Below are positions 56,440 through 64,000 of a stretch of 64,000 bases of DNA, one piece after another (within the stretch, counting starts at the first letter, position 1; every line of letters starts with the position of its first letter). The stretch is taken from the NCBI GenBank assembly GCA_964634305.1, contig CAZWLE010000001.1:78120-142119 (forward strand), read 5' to 3'. This DNA is from an uncultured Candidatus Saccharibacteria bacterium (GTDB lineage Bacteria; Patescibacteriota; Minisyncoccia; Phycocordibacterales; Phycocordibacteraceae). The notes below the pieces were generated by a model, which was not told the origin of the DNA, searched no databases, and worked only from the letters and a program-made list of their open reading frames with translations. The position numbers and the translations under genes were made by a program.

Positions 56440-57249
56440 ATGAGCGAAAAGTATCCAAAGAGCGGCCTGTATCGCGAGCACAAGGCGGAAGTACAGGAGT
56501 ATGCAAAGGAACGATACGAGCGGTTTACGCATAATCTGGACGGCGAGCTTCAGAGGATGTTTGGTAAGAACATCAATCTCGAAACAGTCACGGAAGAACA
56601 ACGCGAGAGTATCTGCCTCATCGCCAAGTACGCCTTACAACGACTTGTTGGTGGAGCGCTCTATTCTAAATATCATGACGGGCCTGGAACGCTTGGGGAA
56701 GCGGTAGACCATGTCATTCGCGAGGACGACGTCGGTCATGACATTATGCATGCGATGGTCGCGGGCATGATGAATGAAAATCGCTCGCACGTTCCTGTGT
56801 ACGCCACGACATCTGCTAATGGTATGGTTGACCGCAAGGTACACTCGTATGAGCAACTCGAGGAGGCATACGTGGGCTTGTTCGAACATATGACTTCGCT
56901 CGCAAGCTCCCTCAAAGAGATGGTTGGCAATCCACAGAAGCTGGAGCAGGGTCTTAAAGATGCACGAATTTCATTCCATGAACGACAAGAACTACGTCGT
57001 CTTGCTAAGAAAAATCCTGGGCTCTTTTTTATGCAGTATTGGGAGAAAACGGATTTCATAGGCGGCAGCCCTGCGCAAAGCAGCTTCCGCGCGGCTCATC
57101 GCGCCCCTGCGATAGCTGAGGTTATGAGCCATTTGTACGAACATACGAAGAATGGTGCGCTCAACCCTAATTTCCCGCTCACTGAGTTCCTACGCATCCA
57201 CGAGCCACTAGTCACTCGTCTACGCGCTAAGCCTAACGCTAGCGAATAA
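56440..57249 (+). CDS. Hypothetical protein, 'EKYPKS' family paralog B
   Basis: MSEKYPKSGLYREHK... with GHDIMHAMVAGM. Paralogous to 52970..53752. Confidence 0.5.
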   Translation: MSEKYPKSGLYREHKAEVQEYAKERYERFTHNLDGELQRMFGKNINLETVTEEQRESICLIAKYALQRLVGGALYSKYHDGPGTLGEAVDHVIREDDVGHDIMHAMVAGMMNENRSHVPVYATTSANGMVDRKVHSYEQLEEAYVGLFEHMTSLASSLKEMVGNPQKLEQGLKDARISFHERQELRRLAKKNPGLFFMQYWEKTDFIGGSPAQSSFRAAHRAPAIAEVMSHLYEHTKNGALNPNFPLTEFLRIHEPLVTRLRAKPNASE

Positions 57250-57406
57250 ATGAGTGCTCAATCTGCTCAATCGTTGTTAGTGAGACAGGCCAGCAGTAGC
57301 TACACATACCACCCTGGAAGGTGTGGCCACGCACACACGTCTTTGAATCAGCGGGAAATGCCATAGCCGCACCTTACTGCAGACCTTATGAGGCCTGCAT
57401 GAATGA

Positions 57407-58084
57407 CTAAGGCATGTCGCGTAGTCGCCAGAGGATACGACAGGCCGTACTTCGGTGAGGTGACCATTGTGCTGCAACCGTTTCGTATACCTCTCGCTTG
57501 GAGTCTTTAGGAATGCCATAGAGCGTCTCCATCGAACGAATGAGACCAAGGTCACGTGCAGAAAAAATATCGGGGTGTCCAAGACCAAACATAAGAAACA
57601 TTTCAGCCGTCCATTGCCCAATACCCCATACTGCGGTTAATGCTTCGATAGCCTGTTCTGGTGACTGTTTCCGTAACCCCGAGAGACGCAGGCCATTAGT
57701 CACGGCACGCGCAAGTTCTTTCAAGGTTTTTGCCTTCGCGGCGGAAAGGCCTGCCGTGCGCATGCGGGGCAGGGGAGCAGCAAGGACAGAGGCTGGCGTT
57801 ACCCTTCCACCACACACTATTTCAAGCCGCTTCCAAATAGTGTCTGACGCTTTGACCGAAAGCTGTTGTGAGACCACTGACTCCGCAAGGGAAGCGAACA
57901 GACGGTCACCGCTACGCGGTGCCGACCGTTTAGCGAGCATCTTACGAACCCGTTTGCCCGCGGTATAGAACACTGGGTCCACCTTTTTATAGTGCAGAAA
58001 TGCAGCGTCCAGGTCATCCATAGCGTCGCTATTATACCCATGACCGCAAGGAACAGGGCGGGTCTCTCGGGCTATAATCCCCAT
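57407..58084 (-). CDS. HhH-GPD base-excision DNA glycosylase (AlkA / 3-methyladenine glycosylase II-like)
   Basis: Helix-hairpin-helix + Gly/Pro + Asp: WGIGQWTAEMFLMFGLGHPDIFSARDLGL. Confidence 0.7.
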   Translation of the reverse strand: MGIIARETRPVPCGHGYNSDAMDDLDAAFLHYKKVDPVFYTAGKRVRKMLAKRSAPRSGDRLFASLAESVVSQQLSVKASDTIWKRLEIVCGGRVTPASVLAAPLPRMRTAGLSAAKAKTLKELARAVTNGLRLSGLRKQSPEQAIEALTAVWGIGQWTAEMFLMFGLGHPDIFSARDLGLIRSMETLYGIPKDSKREVYETVAAQWSPHRSTACRILWRLRDMP

Positions 58085-58086
58085 AT

Positions 58087-58284
58087 ATGCTCCACCTTAT
58101 CGTGTGGGTCGTCATCGGACTCCTGGCGCTCTCCTTCTTTGGCATATCGCTTCGCGCTATCGCGAACTCACCAACCAGCCAGGACAATATGTCGTTCCTG
58201 GTCGACACTCTTCGAATTGGCTGGGATTATCTTGAGGCGTGGGTAACGACTCTCATCTCAGGCTTTACTGACCTTGGTCAATAA
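58087..58284 (+). CDS. Small membrane protein (65 aa)
   Basis: Two hydrophobic helices. It lies divergent from the glycosylase gene. Confidence 0.35.
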   Translation: MLHLIVWVVIGLLALSFFGISLRAIANSPTSQDNMSFLVDTLRIGWDYLEAWVTTLISGFTDLGQ

Positions 58285-58285
58285 T

Positions 58286-58531
58286 ATGGAAGAAGAGCGC
58301 CGCAAGATAACAATACTGGTGCCAAAAGAAGCGGAACCAACCTTTGCAAACGCAACGCAGGTTATGGTCTCCGATGACTCCGTCATCGTTCAGTTTGCAT
58401 TCGTTCGTCCAGCTGCAACGAGCGGTCAACTGCTTTCTGAAGTAGTGATGTCTCCAAAACATGCGATTGAATTTAAGCGGGCACTTGATGAGACCATCAA
58501 GAAGCATTTCACCCGCCATCTCGAGAACTAG
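58286..58531 (+). CDS. DUF3467-like small protein
   Basis: The pattern ...NATQVMVSDDSVIVQFAFVRP...VVMSPKHAIEFKRALDETIKKH matches my recall of the DUF3467 family. Start at Met5 of the track ORF. Confidence 0.45.
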   Translation: MEEERRKITILVPKEAEPTFANATQVMVSDDSVIVQFAFVRPAATSGQLLSEVVMSPKHAIEFKRALDETIKKHFTRHLEN

Positions 58532-58567
58532 ACAAATACGTTTTTAGTGCTATGATTTACATTAACC

Positions 58568-60598
58568 ATGCCTGACGGATTCAATCGACCTCCCAAGGTA
58601 CAGCGCGCTGAGGCGATACGGGTCGAACCCGTGCAGGAACAACCTCCACAAGAACTTTCGATTGACTCAAAACCAAAAACTCCTCGTAAGAAAGCTGATG
58701 CTGCTCAGCAAACCGTTATTCTTCGTGAGCGCTTGCAGAAACGCCGCAAGGTAAGTAAACGCGAGAGAGAACTTATGACGCCTGAGGAAATTAAGGCGGA
58801 AGATGACGCTCAAAGTCAGAACAGAGATGCACGAAAAGAGCGTGCGGCTAAGCATGCCAAAACCACGGCATGGGGCGTAGCAGGCGTTGCATACCAATCT
58901 CAACTTGGCAGAAAAGCTCCAAAAGAAAAAATAAAGGTAGTAGCAAGGAAACAGCTCGAAAAACTAGCGACCTTGAAGAAGTTCGAGGAAACACAGATAC
59001 GTGCAGTAGACGAAGGTACGTTGACCGAAGAACAAGCAAATTTGAACATCGAGAATGCGCGGGGAATATGGCGTGAGACTGTCCGACTCGAGGAAGAGCG
59101 AGCACATCTTTCGCACGGCGGCATATTTAGCATTGCGTACCAAACCGGACTTCGCGGTGCAGAGGAAGATCTTAGTGCAATAGCGAACAAAATTCGTACC
59201 TCGCTTGGTTTTTCTCCATCAAAAGAACGTCGTCCGCAGAAGAGTCCATTTGAATCATCAATTAAGAACATGCTGTTCTCGACGCTTGCACTCTTTCAGG
59301 GACTAAATACCGCTGATGCTATCCGTTACAAAACGGACCCATTGGCCCCACAAGCATACGCAGGCGCACCAAGTGAGAGCGGACCTCGGATGATAGACGG
59401 AGTAGCAACGGTTGTGCTAAGCGATACAGCGCATTCGCCGTTTGCGGAACTTATCAAAGAACGTGGTTCATTGGAGCTCTCAAATTTTTACTTCCAACGA
59501 CCAGATAGGGGCATTTTCCGTACTTTCAGTGTGAATGAAAATACAGTCGCCACATTTGCTCCATACGAGTCACTTGAGAGATTATGGAAAGTCAAGCGCG
59601 AGAATCAAATCTCTGATGGTGTGGCAGCAAACCTTGGCTCCGAAATCTTCCTACAGCGTTGGCGCGATGCGGAAGCGCGTGGTGATTTGCATCGTTCAAG
59701 TCTCGATTTGGAAATGACTCGAAGCTACGGTCTTCTTGAAGGTGTGACTTCTACTGAAGCAGTGCTTAAGAATTTTGATTGGCAACGCTTCGCTGAAGAC
59801 CAATCGATAAGTGAGGAAAATCTGAGACTCATTCAAGCTCTTTCCGAACTCATAACACCGGTAATGATTGAATCAATCTTCCTCACTGAAATCATGCCTC
59901 ATAGCAGCGACGGTGCACTAAATGCAGCGATGTACGATTTCGTCCTTATCTACGGTGGTAGAGCCTATGTCTCTGCAATACCAGCACTTGGTGATGCTTA
60001 CATGTCCGTAGGTCCATCACAGGCAACCACATTTGTTACCGGTCCTAACCGGAGCACCGGCATTATGAGTCGATACATGAGCCCCGAAGCGTTCCGTCTC
60101 CTTAGATTGCCAACCTCCTATGAAGCAACAGACTCGGAGGAATATAAGACAGAAATAGCCATGAGTCCGGAGATTATTCTCTCCATCGCTGAGCACCGCA
60201 CTCTAACGCTTCTTAACGGAATGTGGAATATCGTTGCCTACACACAGAGCGGCGGAAATGCCCGTGAAGGACTCGAGCTTATCTTAGAAGAAGCAGAAAA
60301 TGGAGACCGCCGCACCGCACTTACTCGTCTCGCAGAATTGTTGGGAGAGTCGCACAATCACTCAGTTAAGACTGAAAGTGCTCTGCGCGCATTTGCCGAA
60401 AGAGGGGATATCACCGCCTCTCTTCCAAGCTTCACGTCTGATGATGCAATTGCTGAGTATGGAAGACGTATGCAGGGTAACTTTCCGGTCCTCTACGACC
60501 GATACAGCTATCTGGATAACCCCGAGACCCGACGTGCTATCCGTGAAGGGACGGTAACCGTTGCTGGGTCCTCGAGCCCTGCGAATAGGGCTCGATAG
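58568..60598 (+). CDS. Hypothetical protein (676 aa) with basic Lys/Arg-rich N-terminal region
   Basis: A long ORF with no recognisable motifs. Confidence 0.5.
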   Translation: MPDGFNRPPKVQRAEAIRVEPVQEQPPQELSIDSKPKTPRKKADAAQQTVILRERLQKRRKVSKRERELMTPEEIKAEDDAQSQNRDARKERAAKHAKTTAWGVAGVAYQSQLGRKAPKEKIKVVARKQLEKLATLKKFEETQIRAVDEGTLTEEQANLNIENARGIWRETVRLEEERAHLSHGGIFSIAYQTGLRGAEEDLSAIANKIRTSLGFSPSKERRPQKSPFESSIKNMLFSTLALFQGLNTADAIRYKTDPLAPQAYAGAPSESGPRMIDGVATVVLSDTAHSPFAELIKERGSLELSNFYFQRPDRGIFRTFSVNENTVATFAPYESLERLWKVKRENQISDGVAANLGSEIFLQRWRDAEARGDLHRSSLDLEMTRSYGLLEGVTSTEAVLKNFDWQRFAEDQSISEENLRLIQALSELITPVMIESIFLTEIMPHSSDGALNAAMYDFVLIYGGRAYVSAIPALGDAYMSVGPSQATTFVTGPNRSTGIMSRYMSPEAFRLLRLPTSYEATDSEEYKTEIAMSPEIILSIAEHRTLTLLNGMWNIVAYTQSGGNAREGLELILEEAENGDRRTALTRLAELLGESHNHSVKTESALRAFAERGDITASLPSFTSDDAIAEYGRRMQGNFPVLYDRYSYLDNPETRRAIREGTVTVAGSSSPANRAR

Positions 60599-60708
60599 GC
60601 TTCATTACAGCCGTAATATGAAGTTCTTCATAATTCCTTCAGGGGTCTAGAGCTATTGTGCGCCAGTCCTTCGAGGAGGACCGTAATTCGAACAACACCC
60701 TAAATTCC

Positions 60709-60921
60709 ATGAAAAAGCTGATTCTTGCTCTCGGTATCGCGGCGGCAGCCGTTCCTGGTCTTGCTTCCGCAGCTACGTACGCGTACGTGAACACGGCAGG
60801 CGAGGTGATGACGATGGAGGCAGCTACCGCTGAGGTAGCCCTCACGACCGCCCCGAACCTCCATTTGCGTAGTGGCGTTATGCTCGTCGGTGACGACGAT
60901 GCTGACGTCATCGGCAACTAA
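60709..60921 (+). CDS. Small secreted protein (70 aa) with signal peptide
   Basis: MKKLILALGIAAAAVPGLASA followed by an acidic C-terminus. Start at Met18 of the track ORF. Confidence 0.4.
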   Translation: MKKLILALGIAAAAVPGLASAATYAYVNTAGEVMTMEAATAEVALTTAPNLHLRSGVMLVGDDDADVIGN

Positions 60922-60942
60922 GAGCCGTACAGGCCATAGTAA

Positions 60943-60981
60943 TGAAAGGTCCCGGAGCGTGCTGCGCTTCGGGACCTTTCA
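60943..60981. terminator. Stable hairpin (GAAAGGTCCCG...CGGGACCTTTC) between convergent/adjacent genes
   Basis: An 11-bp perfect stem with no strong U-tract. Confidence 0.4.
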
Positions 60982-61033
60982 TGAAGAACGACCATAGGTC
61001 GCTCATAATCGATTTCCTCTCTATACTTTACGC

Positions 61034-61834
61034 ATGACTACAAAACTGATTATCCCTGTGCTTGCACTCACATTCCTCATGCCAGGCGCCGTCTTTGCTG
61101 CTGACGGCAGCTTCGACGAGAAGACGCTCACCACTGATATCAAAAAGCCGACCGTAACGGGAGAAGCTGAAGATGTAAAAACGGTACGCATTCTTATTGA
61201 GAACAAAGAAGGGAAGGATATGTTCCGCAGCAACAAAATTACCGTTAAGAAAGGGGAGTGGAAGACAAAGATTTCCAAGGACCTCCCTGCCGGTACGTAC
61301 GACATAACGTTGTATGGGCCTAAAGGAGTGAGCAAGCAAACGTTGGCTAAAGACGAATTCGTCGTCAATCCAAAAGGTGTTGCTGCTGGTTCAACCATTG
61401 CAGGTGGTACGTTGAATGTCTCGTCCGTTCCGCTTCTTATGGGCGGCACCGCATCACGTGGCGCATCTATTCCGGTCGCCTACGTTAAAGTCTCAAACCC
61501 TGGAAAGAAAGTAGCTGCCATTACTGGCTTTCGTCTGAGCGAAACAGGCACCGCACCTGAAGATAAGGTCGTCATCGGATTCTCAACGAGCGATGATAAG
61601 GGCGGCTCACGAACGACGACGTATACAACCTTCAAAAGTGGTTACGCACTCGTCCCGCTGGCAGCAACGATTGAGCCAGGCACGTTCAAGATTTTCACCA
61701 TCAAAGCAATCATGGGCGGCGCTGATTCCTACTACGGAAAGAAGCTCCAGATTGATGTCGCAGGTGTTGGTTCGGCAGGTACCGTCAACGGAACATTCCC
61801 AATGAAGGGCACGACCTTCACCCTCATTTACTAG
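61034..61834 (+). CDS. Secreted hypothetical protein (266 aa), likely beta-sandwich domains
   Basis: Signal peptide MTTKLIIPVLALTFLMPGAVFA; Lys/Thr/Gly-rich. Confidence 0.5.
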   Translation: MTTKLIIPVLALTFLMPGAVFAADGSFDEKTLTTDIKKPTVTGEAEDVKTVRILIENKEGKDMFRSNKITVKKGEWKTKISKDLPAGTYDITLYGPKGVSKQTLAKDEFVVNPKGVAAGSTIAGGTLNVSSVPLLMGGTASRGASIPVAYVKVSNPGKKVAAITGFRLSETGTAPEDKVVIGFSTSDDKGGSRTTTYTTFKSGYALVPLAATIEPGTFKIFTIKAIMGGADSYYGKKLQIDVAGVGSAGTVNGTFPMKGTTFTLIY

Positions 61835-61844
61835 TCCCCTCCTA

Positions 61845-61930
61845 GATAAAAAACGGCCCACTCTCTAGGTTTTTTATCTCGTTCTCGCGATGCCGAGATA
61901 AAAAGAGCGCCGCCTTTACGGGCGGCGCTC
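61845..61930. terminator. Three consecutive hairpins (GATAAAAAAC/GTTTTTTATC; TTTATCTCG/CGAGATAAA; GAGCGCCGCC/GGCGGCGCTC): compound terminator
   Basis: Read directly. The first two share a strand, as alternative structures. Confidence 0.5.
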
Positions 61931-62554
61931 GCTTAAGTTTGCTGTTACTTGCCTGAGTTGACGAAGGCTCAGAACACCAGTCGCGCTGGATGTCGAGTTC
62001 TTGGCACTGAAGGGCTAACACCTAGCCGCCCAGCCCTAAAGGCCGCACCGAGCCTTCGCCAAGACAAATATAGCCTATATATGAGGCATTTCAACTATAT
62101 ATACATCTATGACTTCCCCGGTTTTAGAGAAAAGCGGGGAAGTGGTCTATAGACGAATCCCTCTAAGATTCTGATTTCGAGTCGTGAGGGAAGTATGGAA
62201 AATAATTTCTATACAGATACGCATGCATATGGGCGCACACTAAAAAGAATCCGAAGGGGAAGTACCTTCAAAAAGAATCAGAGGCCGCTCCTTACCTACG
62301 CCTCAGGATATGCTTCGTAAAAGATATATTGTGCGAAGCATATAGTTTTGAGTTGGACAGCCCTGAACCCAGCTTTAAAGCCCTGCTCCCTATCTCGATA
62401 TCTCACTCACTTCCCGCTCGTCGTCTATCAAAACTTTTTCCGTTACTGCGTAATAAATTGTTTTTACATTTTCGACCACTTCCCCGGACCAGGGTAGTGG
62501 AGCAGCGGGGAGGAGCTAAATCGTAAACGAGTCAGACTCAAATACCTGACTCCC

Positions 62555-63340
62555 CTACCCTAGCGATATCTTCTCGTTTGTAAGATTTTGATATATGCGC
62601 TTGAAATTCTGTAAATCGTTTTTATCACCAGGACCAAGATGTTTGTAATTCGCACGAATCCACAAGCCCATGTCTTCCCATAACCTTTGAAGTTCAGGAG
62701 GCAGGTGGGCACGATGTTTTTGCCGTTCGTCTGATAATGCATAGAACATAATGAAAGAGCCTCCTTGTTTCCTTCTCATCTGCATTCGACGATTTCGCGC
62801 TACATCACTTTCCGTAGGAGTGCTGTCAGTAACGGGAATCGAGGCTGAACGCATCGCTTCCGCTATGTAGTGCGTATCTCTTACCATAAGCTCAATCAAC
62901 AGCTCCCGAAAAGCTTCATCTCGAACGTTCGGACCTTCTCTATAGAAAAAAGCTTGCTCCACCAACGCTCTATATTCTGCAGTGAGATTGGTCTTTCCTG
63001 AGGTATCGGTCATGGAGACGGCATGAGCCTTGCTTCCCGTAAACTGATGAACCTTCTTTAAGGTCGCATCGAAATATGGTTCACCGACAAACTCTTCTGG
63101 AGCAGACTTACTATAGCGAATAACAGCCTCGGCGAGAGACGGGTCGTTTGCAATCATGGCCCCGTATGCTTTCCGCTGAACCTCATGTTGTCCTTGTCCT
63201 ATCTGGAATGCCCAGAACACTATCTCAGAGACACGTTCAGCGTCGCTTATCGCTTCCTTACGCTCGTACTTTCCTTCTGGCGACCGGAGCGGAAACTTCT
63301 GATTATTAAGGAGCTTCGAAAATATCCCTCCTTCTCTCAT
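62555..63340 (-). CDS. Hypothetical protein (~261 aa)
   Basis: A minus-strand ORF. The start is placed at Met16, 1 nt after the stop of the upstream LOG gene. The alternative Met1 at 63385 overlaps the LOG gene by 44 nt. Confidence 0.5.
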   Translation of the reverse strand: MREGGIFSKLLNNQKFPLRSPEGKYERKEAISDAERVSEIVFWAFQIGQGQHEVQRKAYGAMIANDPSLAEAVIRYSKSAPEEFVGEPYFDATLKKVHQFTGSKAHAVSMTDTSGKTNLTAEYRALVEQAFFYREGPNVRDEAFRELLIELMVRDTHYIAEAMRSASIPVTDSTPTESDVARNRRMQMRRKQGGSFIMFYALSDERQKHRAHLPPELQRLWEDMGLWIRANYKHLGPGDKNDLQNFKRIYQNLTNEKISLG

Positions 63341-63341
63341 A

Positions 63342-63944
63342 TCAACATTGAACGTTCTTGACGATATAGTCGTACGCCTCGTCAACCGAGTCCACGAGAT
63401 GGAAGATATCCATATCTTCTGGGTTTATCGCCTTGTTCTTCTCAAGGAGTGTCGTCTTTATAAACTGCATAAGCGGCTCCCAATACTCCTTTCCGTAGAT
63501 GACGATAGGAATCTTCCGAATCTTCTTGGTCTGCACGAGCGTCACTATTTCAAAAAACTCATCGAGCGTGCCAAATCCTCCTGGAAAGAAGACATAGACT
63601 TCAGACGCGAACGCGAGCATCGTCTTGCGTGCAAAGAAGTGATCGAACGTAAGCGTCTCTGTTAGGTACCCATTTGCGGCCTGCGGCTCGCCAAGACGAA
63701 TATTGAGGCCCACAGAGGTACCACCCACCTCATGTGCACCCTTGTTAGCCGCCTCCATAATGCCCGCTGCCCCACCGGTAATGACTGCAAAACCCTTCTT
63801 TGCAAGCTGGCCAGCGAGAGCTGTTGCAGACTCGTAGTACTGCCCTGCAAACGTTGTACGAGTAGACCCAAAGAACGTCACCGCAGTGCCGTACTTTTTG
63901 AGCAGGTCGAACCCTTCAACGAACTCGGACATTATTTTAAACAC
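63342..63944 (-). CDS. LOG family protein (cytokinin riboside 5'-monophosphate phosphoribohydrolase / TIGR00730)
   Basis: GGAAGIMEAANKGA and the PGGFGTLDEFFE motif (PGGxGTxxE). Confidence 0.8.
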   Translation of the reverse strand: MFKIMSEFVEGFDLLKKYGTAVTFFGSTRTTFAGQYYESATALAGQLAKKGFAVITGGAAGIMEAANKGAHEVGGTSVGLNIRLGEPQAANGYLTETLTFDHFFARKTMLAFASEVYVFFPGGFGTLDEFFEIVTLVQTKKIRKIPIVIYGKEYWEPLMQFIKTTLLEKNKAINPEDMDIFHLVDSVDEAYDYIVKNVQC

Positions 63945-64000
63945 GCGCCACGGTTCGAGTTCGCGTGGCTTACAAACGAGTGGTTCAGGCGCCGCCGGTA

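Noticed and set aside
57277-57621. ORF 57277..57621(-) overlapping the 3' end of the AlkA-like gene
   Set aside because: Alternative frame of the glycosylase gene and the convergent intergenic hairpin. No support.
61949-62526. ORFs 61949..62152(+) and 62329..62526(+) in the AT-rich noncoding stretch
   Set aside because: Low-complexity translations with no SD. They overlap the repeated hairpin motifs, so they are more likely noncoding.

Overview
This ~64 kb window is mostly core housekeeping from a small-genome, Gram-positive-like bacterium, possibly Patescibacteria/CPR-like; that placement is an inference from gene content and truncated synthetases, and no taxonomy can be proven from the sequence. 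Coding density is high and the dominant strand is +.

Recognisable content:
- A partial M13 (neprilysin/PepO-like) metallopeptidase runs off the left edge on the minus strand.
- A short AlaRS (alaS, 639 aa, no C-Ala domain) follows, preceded by a sigma70-like promoter, a 36-aa hydrophobic leader ORF and a strong hairpin terminator.
- A core translation and chaperone block: infA-rpmJ-rpsM-rpsK-rpsD-rpoA-rplQ-rplM-rpsI, then grpE, two tandem cold-shock genes, dnaK and dnaJ.
- An orphan sensor histidine kinase.
- A T-box riboswitch with a canonical AGGGTGGTACCGCG antiterminator box and a competing terminator leads an unusual operon: GCS2 carboxylate-amine ligase, gamma-glutamyl cyclotransferase, tyrS, a CYTH-like gene and tRNA-Tyr(GTA).
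- A subtilisin with a poly-Gly linker and a peptidoglycan-binding domain.
- trpS and an archaeal-type aspS (440 aa).
- nif3, scpA, scpB, and the division/cell-wall genes dacA-like, mraY and ftsW.

The most striking region is a ~14 kb insertion between ftsW and murG. It carries:
- a membrane protein with a KR-M-F-L-K, Tat-like internal signal;
- an 802-aa Thr/Gly/Ser-rich beta-type protein with an internal duplication;
- an acidic Pro-rich protein;
- tatC and tatA;
- a giant 2140-aa protein built of Ala/Ser/Thr/Asn repeats, arranged as a ~2.2 kb higher-order repeat with ~290 bp identical blocks, and ending in a canonical type-I dockerin;
- two Sec-signal, C-terminally membrane-anchored cohesin-like proteins.

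This looks like a self-contained cohesin-dockerin cell-surface display system embedded in the cell-division/wall (dcw) gene cluster.

Downstream are murG, gltX, an M23 peptidase, a pair of paralogous 'EKYPKS' proteins, an AlkA-like glycosylase, a DUF3467 protein, several secreted or hypothetical proteins and a LOG-family gene.

Other observations are listed as findings. They include a perfect 11-bp inverted repeat in a divergent intergenic region, a Cys-free L36, a GC-rich orphan ORF between terminators, stacked terminator hairpins, and an AT-rich noncoding stretch with repeated motifs.
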